A stretch of 63,834 nt of DNA, filler included, from 8 parts of 8 records of this genome joined end to end with filler, not necessarily neighbours in it, one strand, 5' to 3'. Shown: positions 28,504 to 38,292, numbered from the whole stretch's first letter. The notes: generated by a model from the letters alone, not told the origin. Numbers and translations: made by a program.

Positions 28504-29249
28504 AATTGAAATCGGTTTCGGTGCGGTTTGACGGCCGGACCGGTGGTGGGCGTCCGGAAGCCTTGGCTGGCGTGAATCTCAAGATCATGAAGGGCGAGGT
28601 GCTGGGCGTAATGGGGGAGAGCGGTGCCGGGAAAACCACCCTTGCCAGGGTTCTCACCGGTTGGCTTTCCCCGTGCCGGGGGGAGATCCGGTTCAACGGG
28701 GCACCCCTGGAGAAGGGAGAAAAGGGAATCCAGATGCTCTGGCAGGATGCCGTCAGCCATCTCAATCCCTATTTCACGGTGGAGAGGCTGGTGGGGGAAC
28801 CCCTGGTCTGCTTTCAAGGGCTGAGGAGGGGGCGGCTTGGAAAACGGGTCGGGGAACTTATGGAGCAGGTGGGGCTGCCACTCGAGCTCCTGGGACGGAA
28901 ACCCCATGAGCTGAGCGGGGGGCAGTGCCAGCGGGTAGGCCTTGCCCGGGTTCTGGCCGCCGATCCTGGAGTCCTGGTTTGCGACGAACCCTTTTCCGGG
29001 CTGGATGTGGGGGCTCAGATCCGTATCCGGGACCTCCTGGCCCGGATAAATCATGAATCCGGCCTGACCCTGGTGGTCATCTCCCATGATCCCCTGCCCC
29101 TCAAAGCTCTCTGTCATCGGGTGGCCGTGATGAAAGCCGGCAGAATCCTTGAAACCGGTTTCGCGGAAAAGCTGCTCACCCGCCATTCCCCCCCTGCACC
29201 CGCCAGCTCATATCCTGAGAATTCAATTGTCATCGAACGTCTCCTTTAA
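28491..29249 (+). CDS. ABC ATPase (NikE/OppF-like)
   Basis: GESGAGKT, LSGGQCQR, VCDEP. Confidence 0.92.
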   Translation: MPHIELKSVSVRFDGRTGGGRPEALAGVNLKIMKGEVLGVMGESGAGKTTLARVLTGWLSPCRGEIRFNGAPLEKGEKGIQMLWQDAVSHLNPYFTVERLVGEPLVCFQGLRRGRLGKRVGELMEQVGLPLELLGRKPHELSGGQCQRVGLARVLAADPGVLVCDEPFSGLDVGAQIRIRDLLARINHESGLTLVVISHDPLPLKALCHRVAVMKAGRILETGFAEKLLTRHSPPAPASSYPENSIVIERLL

Positions 29250-29390
29250 GAATCCGTTAAAATTCACAAAATAGATATTCTCCTTTTGCCAGGGGCGTAA
29301 CCCGCCTCCTCTGCCGCTGTTCTCTAATATAAGAAATGCTAGTCTTCAGGTCCGGTGTTCTGGAAAAATAACAGGTGGATCATTTTTTTC

Positions 29391-29504
29391 TTGACATGGG
29401 AACTTTTTAATGGGTAAGTGTTACTTACCACGCAATGAGTAAGTTTCACTTACCATTTGTGGGCTCGGCCTGGCCGGAGACTCAACAGGTAAGTGTTCAT
29501 CACC
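29391..29504 (+). promoter_or_regulatory. Promoter with tandem palindromic operators GTAAGT-N3-ACTTAC
   Basis: TTGACA at 29391; palindromes at 29413-29429 and 29438-29454; partial copy at 29488-29504. Confidence 0.7.
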
Positions 29505-29702
29505 AGAGCAGAGATTCATCCAGAGCACCAGCGAAAGCTTCCTAAACAGCGCAGACGAAAAGAAGATAGCTGCGAAAGCGTTCTTAAAAGCGGAGACCAT
29601 AAGTCAAAAATCAGTTTGTTGAACAGGGCACCATGGCCCCTGATAAGTGATTCAAGTGTTTTGACAAAAATAGCGAATCAACCCATTTACAAGGAGGAGA
29701 CA

Positions 29703-30794
29703 ATGGCACTTAACCTGGATTCGATCGGAAAACCAATTGGTCCGGTTACCAAGGAGTACACCTGGAAAGACGTGGTCCTTTACGCCCTGGGTGTTGGCGC
29801 GGGGTTTCAGGAGCTTGAGTATTGTTATGAGAAGGACCTCAAGGTGCTGCCCAGTTTTTCCATTGCATCTATTCTCAATATTGATTTCCTTTCGATCCTT
29901 GCCGAAACCACCAACGTAAACCTGGCCGGCATTCTCCACGGCGAGCAGGAGCTGATTTTCCATAATCCCATTCCGACCGAAGGCACCCTGACCACCACGG
30001 GCAAGGTCACCAACATCTATGACAAGGGCGACAAGGGCGCTTTGGTGGTGGCGGAATTCGATACGGTTCATTCCAACGGCAAAAAACTCTACACCAGCAT
30101 CATAACGCTTTTTTCCCGGCTGGACGGCGGATTCGGCGGCCCGGATGCCCCGGCAAAAGAGGTGGCCTTTCCTGACAGGGAGCCCGACCATGTGATCGAA
30201 GGGGTTCCCACAGCGGATCAGCCCCTGATCTACCGGCTCACCGGGGACGTGTTCCAGCTCCATGTGGATCCTGAATTCGCCAAGATGGCCGGCTTTGAAA
30301 AACCGATCATGCACGGCCTTTGCACCCACGGCTATGCCTGCCGGGGCCTGATCGAGAGCCTGATGCCGGGACGGCCGGAGCAGATGCGGCGGATGAATTG
30401 CCGCTTTTCAAAGACCCTCTATCCGGGTGAGGCCGTGAAGACCCTGGTCTGGGAGACCGGCGATGGCCGGGCGGTATGGAAAACCATCCACAGCGAAACC
30501 GGGGCCGAGATCATCACCAACGGCGAATGTGAGTACGGGGATGTGATCGAGGAGATTGTCCGGTTCGATGACCGGGTGGCCGTGGTCACCGGCGCAGGCG
30601 CAGGCCTGGGAAGGGTCTATGCCCTGGAGCTGGCAAAACGGGGCGCCAAGGTGGTGGTGAACGATCTGGGCGGCGCCCGGGACGGTTCGGGCGCGGGCAC
30701 CTCTTCCCCGGCGGAAACCGTGGTCAATGAGATCCGGGAGCTTGGGGGCGAGGCCGTGGCCAACTTTGACAACGTGGCCACCCCCGAGGGCGGG
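29703..30794 (+). CDS. MaoC-type (R)-enoyl-CoA hydratase fused to an SDR 3-hydroxyacyl-CoA dehydrogenase (3' truncated)
   Basis: LYALGVG, LHGEQ, YRLTGD..LH.DP, IMHGLC, then VAVVTGAGAGLGR...VVNDLGG. Confidence 0.9.
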
Positions 30795-30894
30795 NNNNNN
30801 NNNNNNNNNNNNNNNNNNNNNNNNNNNNNNNNNNNNNNTTAATTAATTAANNNNNNNNNNNNNNNNNNNNNNNNNNNNNNNNNNNNNNNNNNNN
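30795..30894. other. Artificial contig linker
   Basis: N run, TTAATTAATTAA, N run. Confidence 0.99.
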
Positions 30895-31343
30895 ATGTTC
30901 TTTTCCTGCATTTTAAGAAGACGTTCCTCAAGAGTTATCCGTTTGGTTCCCCTTACAAGGTTATCCGCATGGGTCACTATTTTTTGCTCCAGTGTCACAG
31001 GCATATAGTCATCATCAGGAAGTCCCATTTTATTTGCTTCTTCCTTTGTGATGCCGGCTCCGATGTGACGTTTGATAATTTCCTGTAGTTCTGGATCAAG
31101 GCCTAATTCCCTTGCCATCGCCATACCCAACAGGGCGTGATCAATCTCATGACTTTTCGCCCTTCCAAGATCATGAAGAAGACCTCCAAGCTCAACAAGG
31201 GCAAGGTTAACATCCATTCCACTAGCCTTAAGTTTTGTAGCGATCTCAATAGCAAGATCTGCCACAGTCACACAGTGTGCAATCACTTTTTCACTACAGC
31301 CCGAGCTTCCTAAAATATAGAGAGCATCTTCACGGGAGATCAT
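30895..31343 (-). CDS. Archaeal HD-domain protein (TIGR00295-like, 3' truncated)
   Basis: HC..V, LLHDLG, HIGAG, HADNL; located downstream of tfe. Confidence 0.88.
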
Positions 31344-31348
31344 TTATT

Positions 31349-31846
31349 CTATTTGTCTTTGTCAAGGTAAGCCATTCGACTCTCTATCTTTTTAATAAAC
31401 TCACTGTTATCATCATACATCATATCCTCACCACAGTAAGGACAGAGAAACTCGCATTCAGTAGCCTCATTAAAATTCAGTCGGATACAGCCTTCAGGAC
31501 ATGCATAGAAAACATTTTCCTCTTCAAACTCAATCCTGGTTTTGAGGTTCTTCACCAATCTTTTCTTTTCTTTTACTAGCTGTGGTCCTATGTCAGTCAT
31601 GTCAAGTGTCCACAGGTATGTGAGCCATCCGCTGCTGGAGTCCCTTTCACGTCTGCATACTGCAAGCTTGTTCTCATTCAGGATAAAAAGAGTCCTTCTG
31701 ACAATGTTAAGTAGAATACCCGTTGCTTCAGCTATTTGTTCATCGGTCACCTCGCCTTCTGGCATATTCTCTATCATCTGCAGTCCGTCTTCACCCACTA
31801 AACGAACAAGATATCCTCTGACAACCGGATCATTCAAATCTATCAA
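31349..31846 (-). CDS. tfe: Transcription factor E (TFIIE alpha)
   Basis: VTDEQIA..VRRTLF, SGWLTYLW, C-terminal Zn ribbon CPEGC...CPYCG. Confidence 0.95.
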   Translation of the reverse strand: MIDLNDPVVRGYLVRLVGEDGLQMIENMPEGEVTDEQIAEATGILLNIVRRTLFILNENKLAVCRRERDSSSGWLTYLWTLDMTDIGPQLVKEKKRLVKNLKTRIEFEEENVFYACPEGCIRLNFNEATECEFLCPYCGEDMMYDDNSEFIKKIESRMAYLDKDK

Positions 31847-31957
31847 AAAATTTCACCTCATGATGTACATGTCTAATGCAATGTATTCAAATATTAACCT
31901 TTGCTTGCAAACACAGCCCGATCTAAAACATTATCAGCCTGTTTTACTAATCTTTAT

Positions 31958-33133
31958 TCAGGATTCAATTAGATTCAGCGATTCACGTATAAACATAACG
32001 CTTTCCCGGACAGATGACAGCACATCATCACGAGTCTTTCCAGAACAAAGAACAGATATTACAGGCTCCTGCGTAGCTATTACCTGGTTTGCACTGGGAA
32101 TATCACAGAAATTTTTTTTGAGGAGCTTTTTCTGCACTTCCTCTGTCACCGTTATTTGCTTGTCTGCATATAGTATGACCCTTGCAGCAAACTGATTGTT
32201 CTTATTATACTGTTCCTCAACAAAGCTGAGCTCACCATTAAATGCCTTTACATGTGCATCCAGCAAGTTAATCCCCGTTGACATTTCAACAGAATCCAGG
32301 CTGCCCTGAAAACGTGCATTCACCTCAATAAGCACCGGCCCTTCTTCTGATATAATGAAATCCACACCATTTGAACCTACCAGACCTAATTCAATTATGA
32401 GTTCCTCCGAGATTTGTTTCATTTCTTCATCATAAGGCGTCTTACAAGGAGTAATATTGCCGCAGTATGCAAAAGGAAGTGTTGTAAGCCAGGGAATACC
32501 TATGAGCTGCTCATTAACTGCAATTGCAACTGCCTTTTCCTTTGTTGAAATTACGGAGACACTCACAGGAGTACCGTCGATATATTCCTGTGCTATCAGT
32601 TGATCTTTGCCCGATGGCATTCCAATAGTTGTAAGTTTTTCCCTAATTTGTCCGATATCAGATTCATTTTTAACTTTCATATTGAATATGCCGCCACCCG
32701 AACATGCGGGTTTAACCATTAAAGGCATTTCCAGTTTTTCGATTTCAGAAAGAAGGACAGTTCTGGGATGAACAAAACCCAGCCTTTCTACACGCTTTGA
32801 AAAAAGATACTTATTCGACACTTCCGCCATTATTGCCGGATCATTTGCAAGTACGGGACATGGAAGATTATCAAGACCTATACTTTCAAAACCTGATCCT
32901 AATATGACAGCTTCAAAATCAATGTTGAAACTATCTATAATCTCTCTTAGTTCTTCATGGCTTATACAGGACGCATCAAAGACTTCCCCGAGATCAAGCT
33001 TCCGTGCATCTGATGAACATTGAATCAGGTCATAGTCGCAGAAAGCATCAATGGAATACATATTGTATCCGGCTCTTTTGCCTGAACAAACAACGTTGCG
33101 GGTACTAAAACCTATTACAAGAATATTCTTCAT
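31958..33133 (-). CDS. ATP-grasp ligase, COG2232-like
   Basis: IGFSTRN...AGY..SIDAFCD.DL, VKP..SGGG, QEYIDG, IEVNARFQG. Confidence 0.85.
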   Translation of the reverse strand: MKNILVIGFSTRNVVCSGKRAGYNMYSIDAFCDYDLIQCSSDARKLDLGEVFDASCISHEELREIIDSFNIDFEAVILGSGFESIGLDNLPCPVLANDPAIMAEVSNKYLFSKRVERLGFVHPRTVLLSEIEKLEMPLMVKPACSGGGIFNMKVKNESDIGQIREKLTTIGMPSGKDQLIAQEYIDGTPVSVSVISTKEKAVAIAVNEQLIGIPWLTTLPFAYCGNITPCKTPYDEEMKQISEELIIELGLVGSNGVDFIISEEGPVLIEVNARFQGSLDSVEMSTGINLLDAHVKAFNGELSFVEEQYNKNNQFAARVILYADKQITVTEEVQKKLLKKNFCDIPSANQVIATQEPVISVLCSGKTRDDVLSSVRESVMFIRESLNLIES

Positions 33134-33148
33134 AAAAGCATACCTTTA

Positions 33149-34213
33149 TCAGGAGAAATCAGCAACAGCAAGAAGTCCTTTTTCTGTTTTAATAACAGGT
33201 ACTTCGGTTCCTGCCTCAGCATTGAACATTAAAGGTTTTCTGATTGTAACTGTCTCATATGTGTCGGGATCAAGTACCAGCAGGTCATTATTTTCAATGG
33301 CAACAAGCATTGTTTTTCTCAGGTCCTTACGTTTTGTGAGCAAGGTTGCACCTTTCATATCGTCAGCCGAAGAAGTGAAACGGGAACCAGTCTCAATATC
33401 AAAACCAGTTACACTCTTTCCGAACTTTCTTATCTCGATAATCCGTCCCCTGTGTTCAATAATATCATGAGGCATGAATTCAGGAAGCCGGAGAGAAAAA
33501 GTGATACGATATACATCCTTGCCGTCCTTCCTACCCTGCAATGTCGCAGATTCGGAAAAGCTGCCCCCAAGCTGGGAGTTGATCTCTTTGCAGATATGCC
33601 TGGCTGCATTAGAAGAACCAATATAGAGGTCAGTTCCCTCTTTTAGCTCCACGGAATTGGATGAAAAAGCAAGTCTGTCACCCTTATTGTACAATCTTTC
33701 AAGTACATTGCTGGCAATACGAATGCACTCCTGTTTTTCCTCATCCACAGGAATGCGGTTTGCGCCCCTTATTTGAATAATTGCCTCAAAATAACCTCCG
33801 GAAATCCGGCTGCATATATCGCAGGACTCGCGAAGTACACGGATTTCACTCTCAAGCTCCTGATGGAACATTTCACCAAGCAGCATTGCATCAACTTCGA
33901 TATGTACCCTGTAAAGATGGGGAGTTAGAGCCCGGGGTTGCACGTAGAGCTCAATATCCTCAGCAATTTCATGCACAAACAGTGCATCCTCAGCTGTCTT
34001 AATCACAACCTCTTCAAGGCTGCCAACGTTCACCCATCTGTTTTTAACATTCCTTTCTCCACATGTAGCGCATATTTTTGCGTGCAGAACCGGAGCTATC
34101 TCTGCAAGGGTGAAATTTTCCAGAAAGCAGGATTTACAGCGTCCCTGGTATAATCTGGGAGTTGAATTCCCGCATTTTGGACATATGGTACTGTTCATTG
34201 GCTCAGATATCAT
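33149..34213 (-). CDS. nmd3: Archaeal NMD3 ribosome-biogenesis protein
   Basis: Four CxxC pairs, GGYFEAIIQIR, G.KDGKDVYRIT. Confidence 0.92.
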   Translation of the reverse strand: MISEPMNSTICPKCGNSTPRLYQGRCKSCFLENFTLAEIAPVLHAKICATCGERNVKNRWVNVGSLEEVVIKTAEDALFVHEIAEDIELYVQPRALTPHLYRVHIEVDAMLLGEMFHQELESEIRVLRESCDICSRISGGYFEAIIQIRGANRIPVDEEKQECIRIASNVLERLYNKGDRLAFSSNSVELKEGTDLYIGSSNAARHICKEINSQLGGSFSESATLQGRKDGKDVYRITFSLRLPEFMPHDIIEHRGRIIEIRKFGKSVTGFDIETGSRFTSSADDMKGATLLTKRKDLRKTMLVAIENNDLLVLDPDTYETVTIRKPLMFNAEAGTEVPVIKTEKGLLAVADFS

Positions 34214-34256
34214 GGTCTATATGATATTGTTTTCGCTCAGTAATAAATGGCCTGCT

Positions 34257-35318
34257 TTAATCGCGTATCAACTGATAATCTGTTGTTCCTGCACCAATAC
34301 TCTTTGCATACTCAAGGTGAACCAACGGATCAATTCCCCATACATCATTGATATGTCCTCTATGTTCATGCTTCATTTTCCCGTTGATAAGATCAAGACT
34401 TGCCATGTCTATTGCAACCGGATCCTTTGAAGCCGTTATACCAACATCACTTGCAAAGGTTGGCGCAGAGAAATTGAAACAATCACATCCTGGAGTCAGG
34501 TCAAATATCCAGTTGATGTATCCTATCCTCCCTTTAAGGAGTTTAACAGGTCCAAGGGCAGCTTCCCCAAGTCTTTCCTGCAACCTTACCGGACCACCAA
34601 AGGGTGGAACAATAGCCTGATAATCGCAGGCATCCATACATGATAGTTCACCTTTGCAAATATTCAGGTCCACTTTAGCCCTGTTATGTTCCATGGAAAT
34701 TGCATCCCAGGGACATGCAGGTATACATTTTTCACAAGCAACGCATTTTTCAGTGTCTATCTCAGGGCTACTCACTTTGTGGACAGCAGCCTTACCTGCT
34801 TTGTCCAGACATCCCATGCCCAGGTTTTTAACCGCACCTCCAAATCCTGAAGCAGGATGACCTTTACAATGAGAGATCATGATCATGGAATCTGCTTTTG
34901 CTATAGCTGATGCAACAGTTATCTCACTGAGCGTTTCACCATCAATTTCCACTGATACACAATCATCGCCCTGAATTCCGTCAGCAGAGATTACAGGAGC
35001 ACCCATGCTTGCATGCGTGAAACCATTTGTAGCAGCAGTATTCAGGAGATCAGGCCCATTGAAACGCTTTCCGTTGTAAAGGACAGTAGTATCGGTTACA
35101 AAAGGAATACCTCCGGCTTCCTTTACAAGATCTATGACTGTTTTCACAATTACAGGACGCACGTAGGTAGTGTTACCATACTCTCCGGGATGTATCTTCA
35201 CCGCGACGATGTCCCCTTCTTTTACAGGTGATATTTTCGGGAAAAGGTCTATGATCTGGTCTACTTGTGTCTGTTTAGGTCCAATATGTTCAGCAGGTTT
35301 GAAATAAACTTCATTCAT
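34257..35318 (-). CDS. DUF362-domain Fe-S protein
   Basis: VAVKIHPGE.GN, SHCKGH..GFGGAVKNLGMG, internal ferredoxin motif, CDC, DPVAID. Confidence 0.9.
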   Translation of the reverse strand: MNEVYFKPAEHIGPKQTQVDQIIDLFPKISPVKEGDIVAVKIHPGEYGNTTYVRPVIVKTVIDLVKEAGGIPFVTDTTVLYNGKRFNGPDLLNTAATNGFTHASMGAPVISADGIQGDDCVSVEIDGETLSEITVASAIAKADSMIMISHCKGHPASGFGGAVKNLGMGCLDKAGKAAVHKVSSPEIDTEKCVACEKCIPACPWDAISMEHNRAKVDLNICKGELSCMDACDYQAIVPPFGGPVRLQERLGEAALGPVKLLKGRIGYINWIFDLTPGCDCFNFSAPTFASDVGITASKDPVAIDMASLDLINGKMKHEHRGHINDVWGIDPLVHLEYAKSIGAGTTDYQLIRD

Positions 35319-35569
35319 AAGGATTCCTCAATGTATACTATACAATCATATCAGTGACAGGGTTTAAGGTACATATATATGCGTTTTTCATTTTACTCCA
35401 AATATCCTTCAACCAGGTGCGTTTAGAATGAAAAAATAAAAAATCAAGACCATGACAATATATTTATTAAAAATAAATAGATTATATAGGCATATAAATA
35501 TTACATTCATCTTTTATATATTGGTGGGTGATGTCTTATGAATTAGCTAAAAATGGAGTGTGAAAAAAT

Positions 35570-35722
35570 TTGAACCATATTAAAAAATGTGACAGTTTAT
35601 ATACAAATAACGATATATGTAAAGACATTATTAGAGTAACAAATGGACACTTTCCAGAAAATATGGATGAGGGGGATCTGGAACTAACACGTTTCATGAT
35701 CGGAGGGATGAATGCAAAGTAA
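35570..35722 (+). CDS. Putative 50-aa microprotein
   Basis: GGAG..TTG start, MNHIKKCDSLY...FMIGGMNAK*. Below the ORF-track cutoff; co-oriented with the next two ORFs. Confidence 0.4.
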   Translation: MNHIKKCDSLYTNNDICKDIIRVTNGHFPENMDEGDLELTRFMIGGMNAK

Positions 35723-35750
35723 ATAAAATATGATAGTGTGGGAAGATAAG

Positions 35751-35918
35751 ATGAATTTACAAAAAGAACTTTGTTGCGAATATTGCCAGACCGGATTGAA
35801 GCGCCAGCTAATAGGCTCAAATGTGTTCTACTACTGCAAGGGGTGCGGTAGGATTACTTCTGTAAAAGACAGGGTAACGATAACGACAGATGAGAAAGGA
35901 GCGGAAATATGTGTATGA
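35751..35918 (+). CDS. 55-aa zinc-ribbon microprotein
   Basis: CEYC...YYCKGCG. Confidence 0.7.
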   Translation: MNLQKELCCEYCQTGLKRQLIGSNVFYYCKGCGRITSVKDRVTITTDEKGAEICV

Positions 35919-36088
35919 TAGAGGAAGTGGGGTACTCAGAAGAAAACAAGAAACTTTATTGTACGAACTGTGTGATTTACGTCAAGACAGGAAAATGCGA
36001 ATACCTGAGATATCTTGAGTCAAAAGTCTCTGTTGATGTAAGCAGAGAATGCTTTCAAGAGATATTGATTGATGAATGCGGACTATAA
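35915..36088 (+). CDS. 57-aa Cys-rich microprotein
   Basis: ATGA overlap with the previous ORF; MIEEVGYSEENKKLYCTNCVIYVKTGKCEYL...ECF...ECGL*. Confidence 0.6.
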   Translation: MIEEVGYSEENKKLYCTNCVIYVKTGKCEYLRYLESKVSVDVSRECFQEILIDECGL

Positions 36089-36137
36089 ACAACTAAGTGC
36101 ATTATCAACACCTACATTTTTAAATATTCATCAGTGT

Positions 36138-36485
36138 TTACTCAATGAACCAGTCAACATAGGCAAAAAGTTCCTTTTTCTCCCAGTTTTCAATTTTTCC
36201 AGGGCTGTCCTTGCAAGCCCCACCAAAAAGATCTGCCTTCTGACCGTCATCAAGGATGTGTACCTTATATTTACCTTCATCACTGTCACGGATAAAATAC
36301 CCCGGACTTACTGAATCGGATTTCTTCCACATGGAGATTCTGTCATAGTCCCACAGGCATGTTGCCCATTCAACCATTTTTTCAATATGATCATCCATGA
36401 CCTCCTCAACATCACCAACGATGACGCAGTGTTTTCCATCCCTTGTCAATTCGACACTATTGTGAGTACGTATGATCAGATCCAT
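36138..36485 (-). CDS. Hypothetical protein
   Basis: ATG at 36485 (MDLIIRTHN); soluble, ordinary composition. Confidence 0.6.
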   Translation of the reverse strand: MDLIIRTHNSVELTRDGKHCVIVGDVEEVMDDHIEKMVEWATCLWDYDRISMWKKSDSVSPGYFIRDSDEGKYKVHILDDGQKADLFGGACKDSPGKIENWEKKELFAYVDWFIE

Positions 36486-36582
36486 CTTATCCCAACATAG
36501 AACGACATGTAAATAGTATAATAATTTTGTGTTTAAAATAGCATCAGACCGAAACTTTTCAGATATATGTCTGATTAATAAC

Positions 36583-36618
36583 AAAAGAAAGATGCCGTAT
36601 CTCAATGCAGCATCTTTC
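36583..36618 (-). terminator. Terminator after cdhE
   Basis: GAAAGATGC...GCATCTTTC hairpin followed by TTTT on the minus strand. Confidence 0.6.
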
Positions 36619-36634
36619 AAAATAGTATATTTGT

Positions 36635-38044
36635 TTATTTTTTCTGTGGTGGCCAGTTCTTTTCCATCCAGCCAGGAATCCTACCGGAGTCAGCAGGACC
36701 GATCATCACATTGGCACCTGTAGCATCTTCCACGTCACCCTGCAGACGTGCTGAGAGTCCAGGAAGAACGATGGTGTTATGTGTTGTGTCCTTCTTAAGG
36801 TCAAAGCCTGCTTCGTCGATTCCCTTCTTGATCTTGTCGGCAGTGAGTTGTCCGCCAGCCACTGCAGCCTCTACACCGATACCGTCGGTATCAATTGCCC
36901 AGAGGAAACAGTCGATCTTGTTGGATGAGATATCACTCTCTACTGTGTAGTATGTAAGAGCGAAGTTGGTTGTGACAAGAACTGGTGAATCTGCAGTTGG
37001 TTCTCCTACCTTGTACATGCCCGGATCTACCGTTACAGGCTTCCTTGGGTCAGTGTAGATAGTGTCACGGATGTGCAGTTCAGGCAGCATTGCATAAGGC
37101 TCTGTGCTGTGGAGGATCATTATGTCACCGTACTTGATGGTGAACACCGATGCAACCACAGTCTCCCAGTAAGATGCACTTACAGGGTCATCATGAGCCA
37201 TCCATGCTGTGAGTGGAACTGCCATTATTGGATATGCCACTTCACGGTCACCGTCAAGACCAGCCCTGCGTACCTTGACGAAATTGGTAAAGGTTTGTTT
37301 GAGCTGTTTTCCGGTTGGGAATGTTCCAGGGTCAAGCACGAGTTTCTCGGTGCCCATTTCTGCAAAGGTCTTTGCCAGTGTCTTGAGCATGTCAAGGTCA
37401 TTTGGTGCAAAGAGTGTTACAGGTACATCGTACTCAATTGCAAGCTCTCCGACTTCCTTCCAGTTGTCCTTGTTTGCTGCGTAGAGCAATGGGTTCCTGT
37501 CCTTTGATTCCTCAAGACCAGCTTTGAGAACTGCAGGCTCGAATGAACAGAGAATGATAGGCAGGTCTGTTGTCTCGACTACCTTCTTGACTGCTGCTGC
37601 AAACTTCGCAGGGTCACCTGATGTGCAGCGCACTGCTACCATATCCACAGTGAGGAAGTTACCTACATAGAACTTCTTGAAGTCCTGGATGTATTTTACC
37701 CTTTCAACGAGGTCCTTCTCCTCCATGCTGTCAGTAACATCATATGCGAACTGTGTCTCATTGAAGAATGTAAGTTTGTGCCTGTACGGTACATCATCCC
37801 CACCGATCTTTGCGATCTTGTCACCTACACCGATCTCGACTTCCCTGATCTCAGGAGCAAGGAGTGCATCGAGCTCTTCGTACTTCTTCTTGAACTTTGC
37901 ATCAAGGATAGGTGTACAATCTGTGAGTTTGTGGGACCTGTCAATAAGGTGTGCTGCAAAAGCCATACATGTAGCTTCACCACACTCACCACAGTTGGTG
38001 GCTGGCAAGAACTTGTATGCTTCCAGTGGACTGTTAATTTTCAT
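36635..38044 (-). CDS. cdhE: Acetyl-CoA decarbonylase/synthase gamma subunit (corrinoid Fe-S protein large subunit)
   Basis: LPATNCGECGEATCMAFA..C, IYTDPRKP, TTNFALTYYTV; Methanosarcinales-like sequence. Confidence 0.97.
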   Translation of the reverse strand: MKINSPLEAYKFLPATNCGECGEATCMAFAAHLIDRSHKLTDCTPILDAKFKKKYEELDALLAPEIREVEIGVGDKIAKIGGDDVPYRHKLTFFNETQFAYDVTDSMEEKDLVERVKYIQDFKKFYVGNFLTVDMVAVRCTSGDPAKFAAAVKKVVETTDLPIILCSFEPAVLKAGLEESKDRNPLLYAANKDNWKEVGELAIEYDVPVTLFAPNDLDMLKTLAKTFAEMGTEKLVLDPGTFPTGKQLKQTFTNFVKVRRAGLDGDREVAYPIMAVPLTAWMAHDDPVSASYWETVVASVFTIKYGDIMILHSTEPYAMLPELHIRDTIYTDPRKPVTVDPGMYKVGEPTADSPVLVTTNFALTYYTVESDISSNKIDCFLWAIDTDGIGVEAAVAGGQLTADKIKKGIDEAGFDLKKDTTHNTIVLPGLSARLQGDVEDATGANVMIGPADSGRIPGWMEKNWPPQKK

Positions 38045-38047
38045 TTA

Positions 38048-38192
38048 TCACACCTCCGCTCCAACCCAGTTGGTGATGTCTATCTCTTCGGACTCGATGG
38101 AACCGTAGAGTGTCTGCGTGATCTCTTTGAGCACCTGTACGGATGTCGGGTGCATCATCATGAACATATCGTTACCTGCAAGTGAGAGTGCA
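38048..38192 (-). CDS. cdhD: ACDS delta subunit, C-terminal fragment
   Basis: [15 protein letters not shown]...[10 protein letters not shown] immediately upstream of cdhE. Confidence 0.9.
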
Positions 38193-38292
38193 NNNNNNNN
38201 NNNNNNNNNNNNNNNNNNNNNNNNNNNNNNNNNNNNTTAATTAATTAANNNNNNNNNNNNNNNNNNNNNNNNNNNNNNNNNNNNNNNNNNNN
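38193..38292. other. Artificial contig linker
   Basis: N run, TTAATTAATTAA, N run. Confidence 0.99.

Noticed and set aside
29409-29505. CRISPR array from the 22-bp repeats
   Set aside because: Only two full copies with a 3-nt gap, no spacers and no cas genes; better explained as operators.
35531-35722. Selenocysteine readthrough of the TGA at 35561
   Set aside because: Methanosarcinaceae are not known to use Sec, the context is not a redox motif, and no SECIS is evident.
37785-37805. CdhE GGDDVPYRHK, with Pro where Leu is usual
   Set aside because: A single-base difference that cannot be separated from sequencing error or neutral variation.
30895-38192. Pyrrolysine (TAG) readthrough in the methanogen contig
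   Set aside because: No recognisable gene is interrupted by an in-frame TAG.
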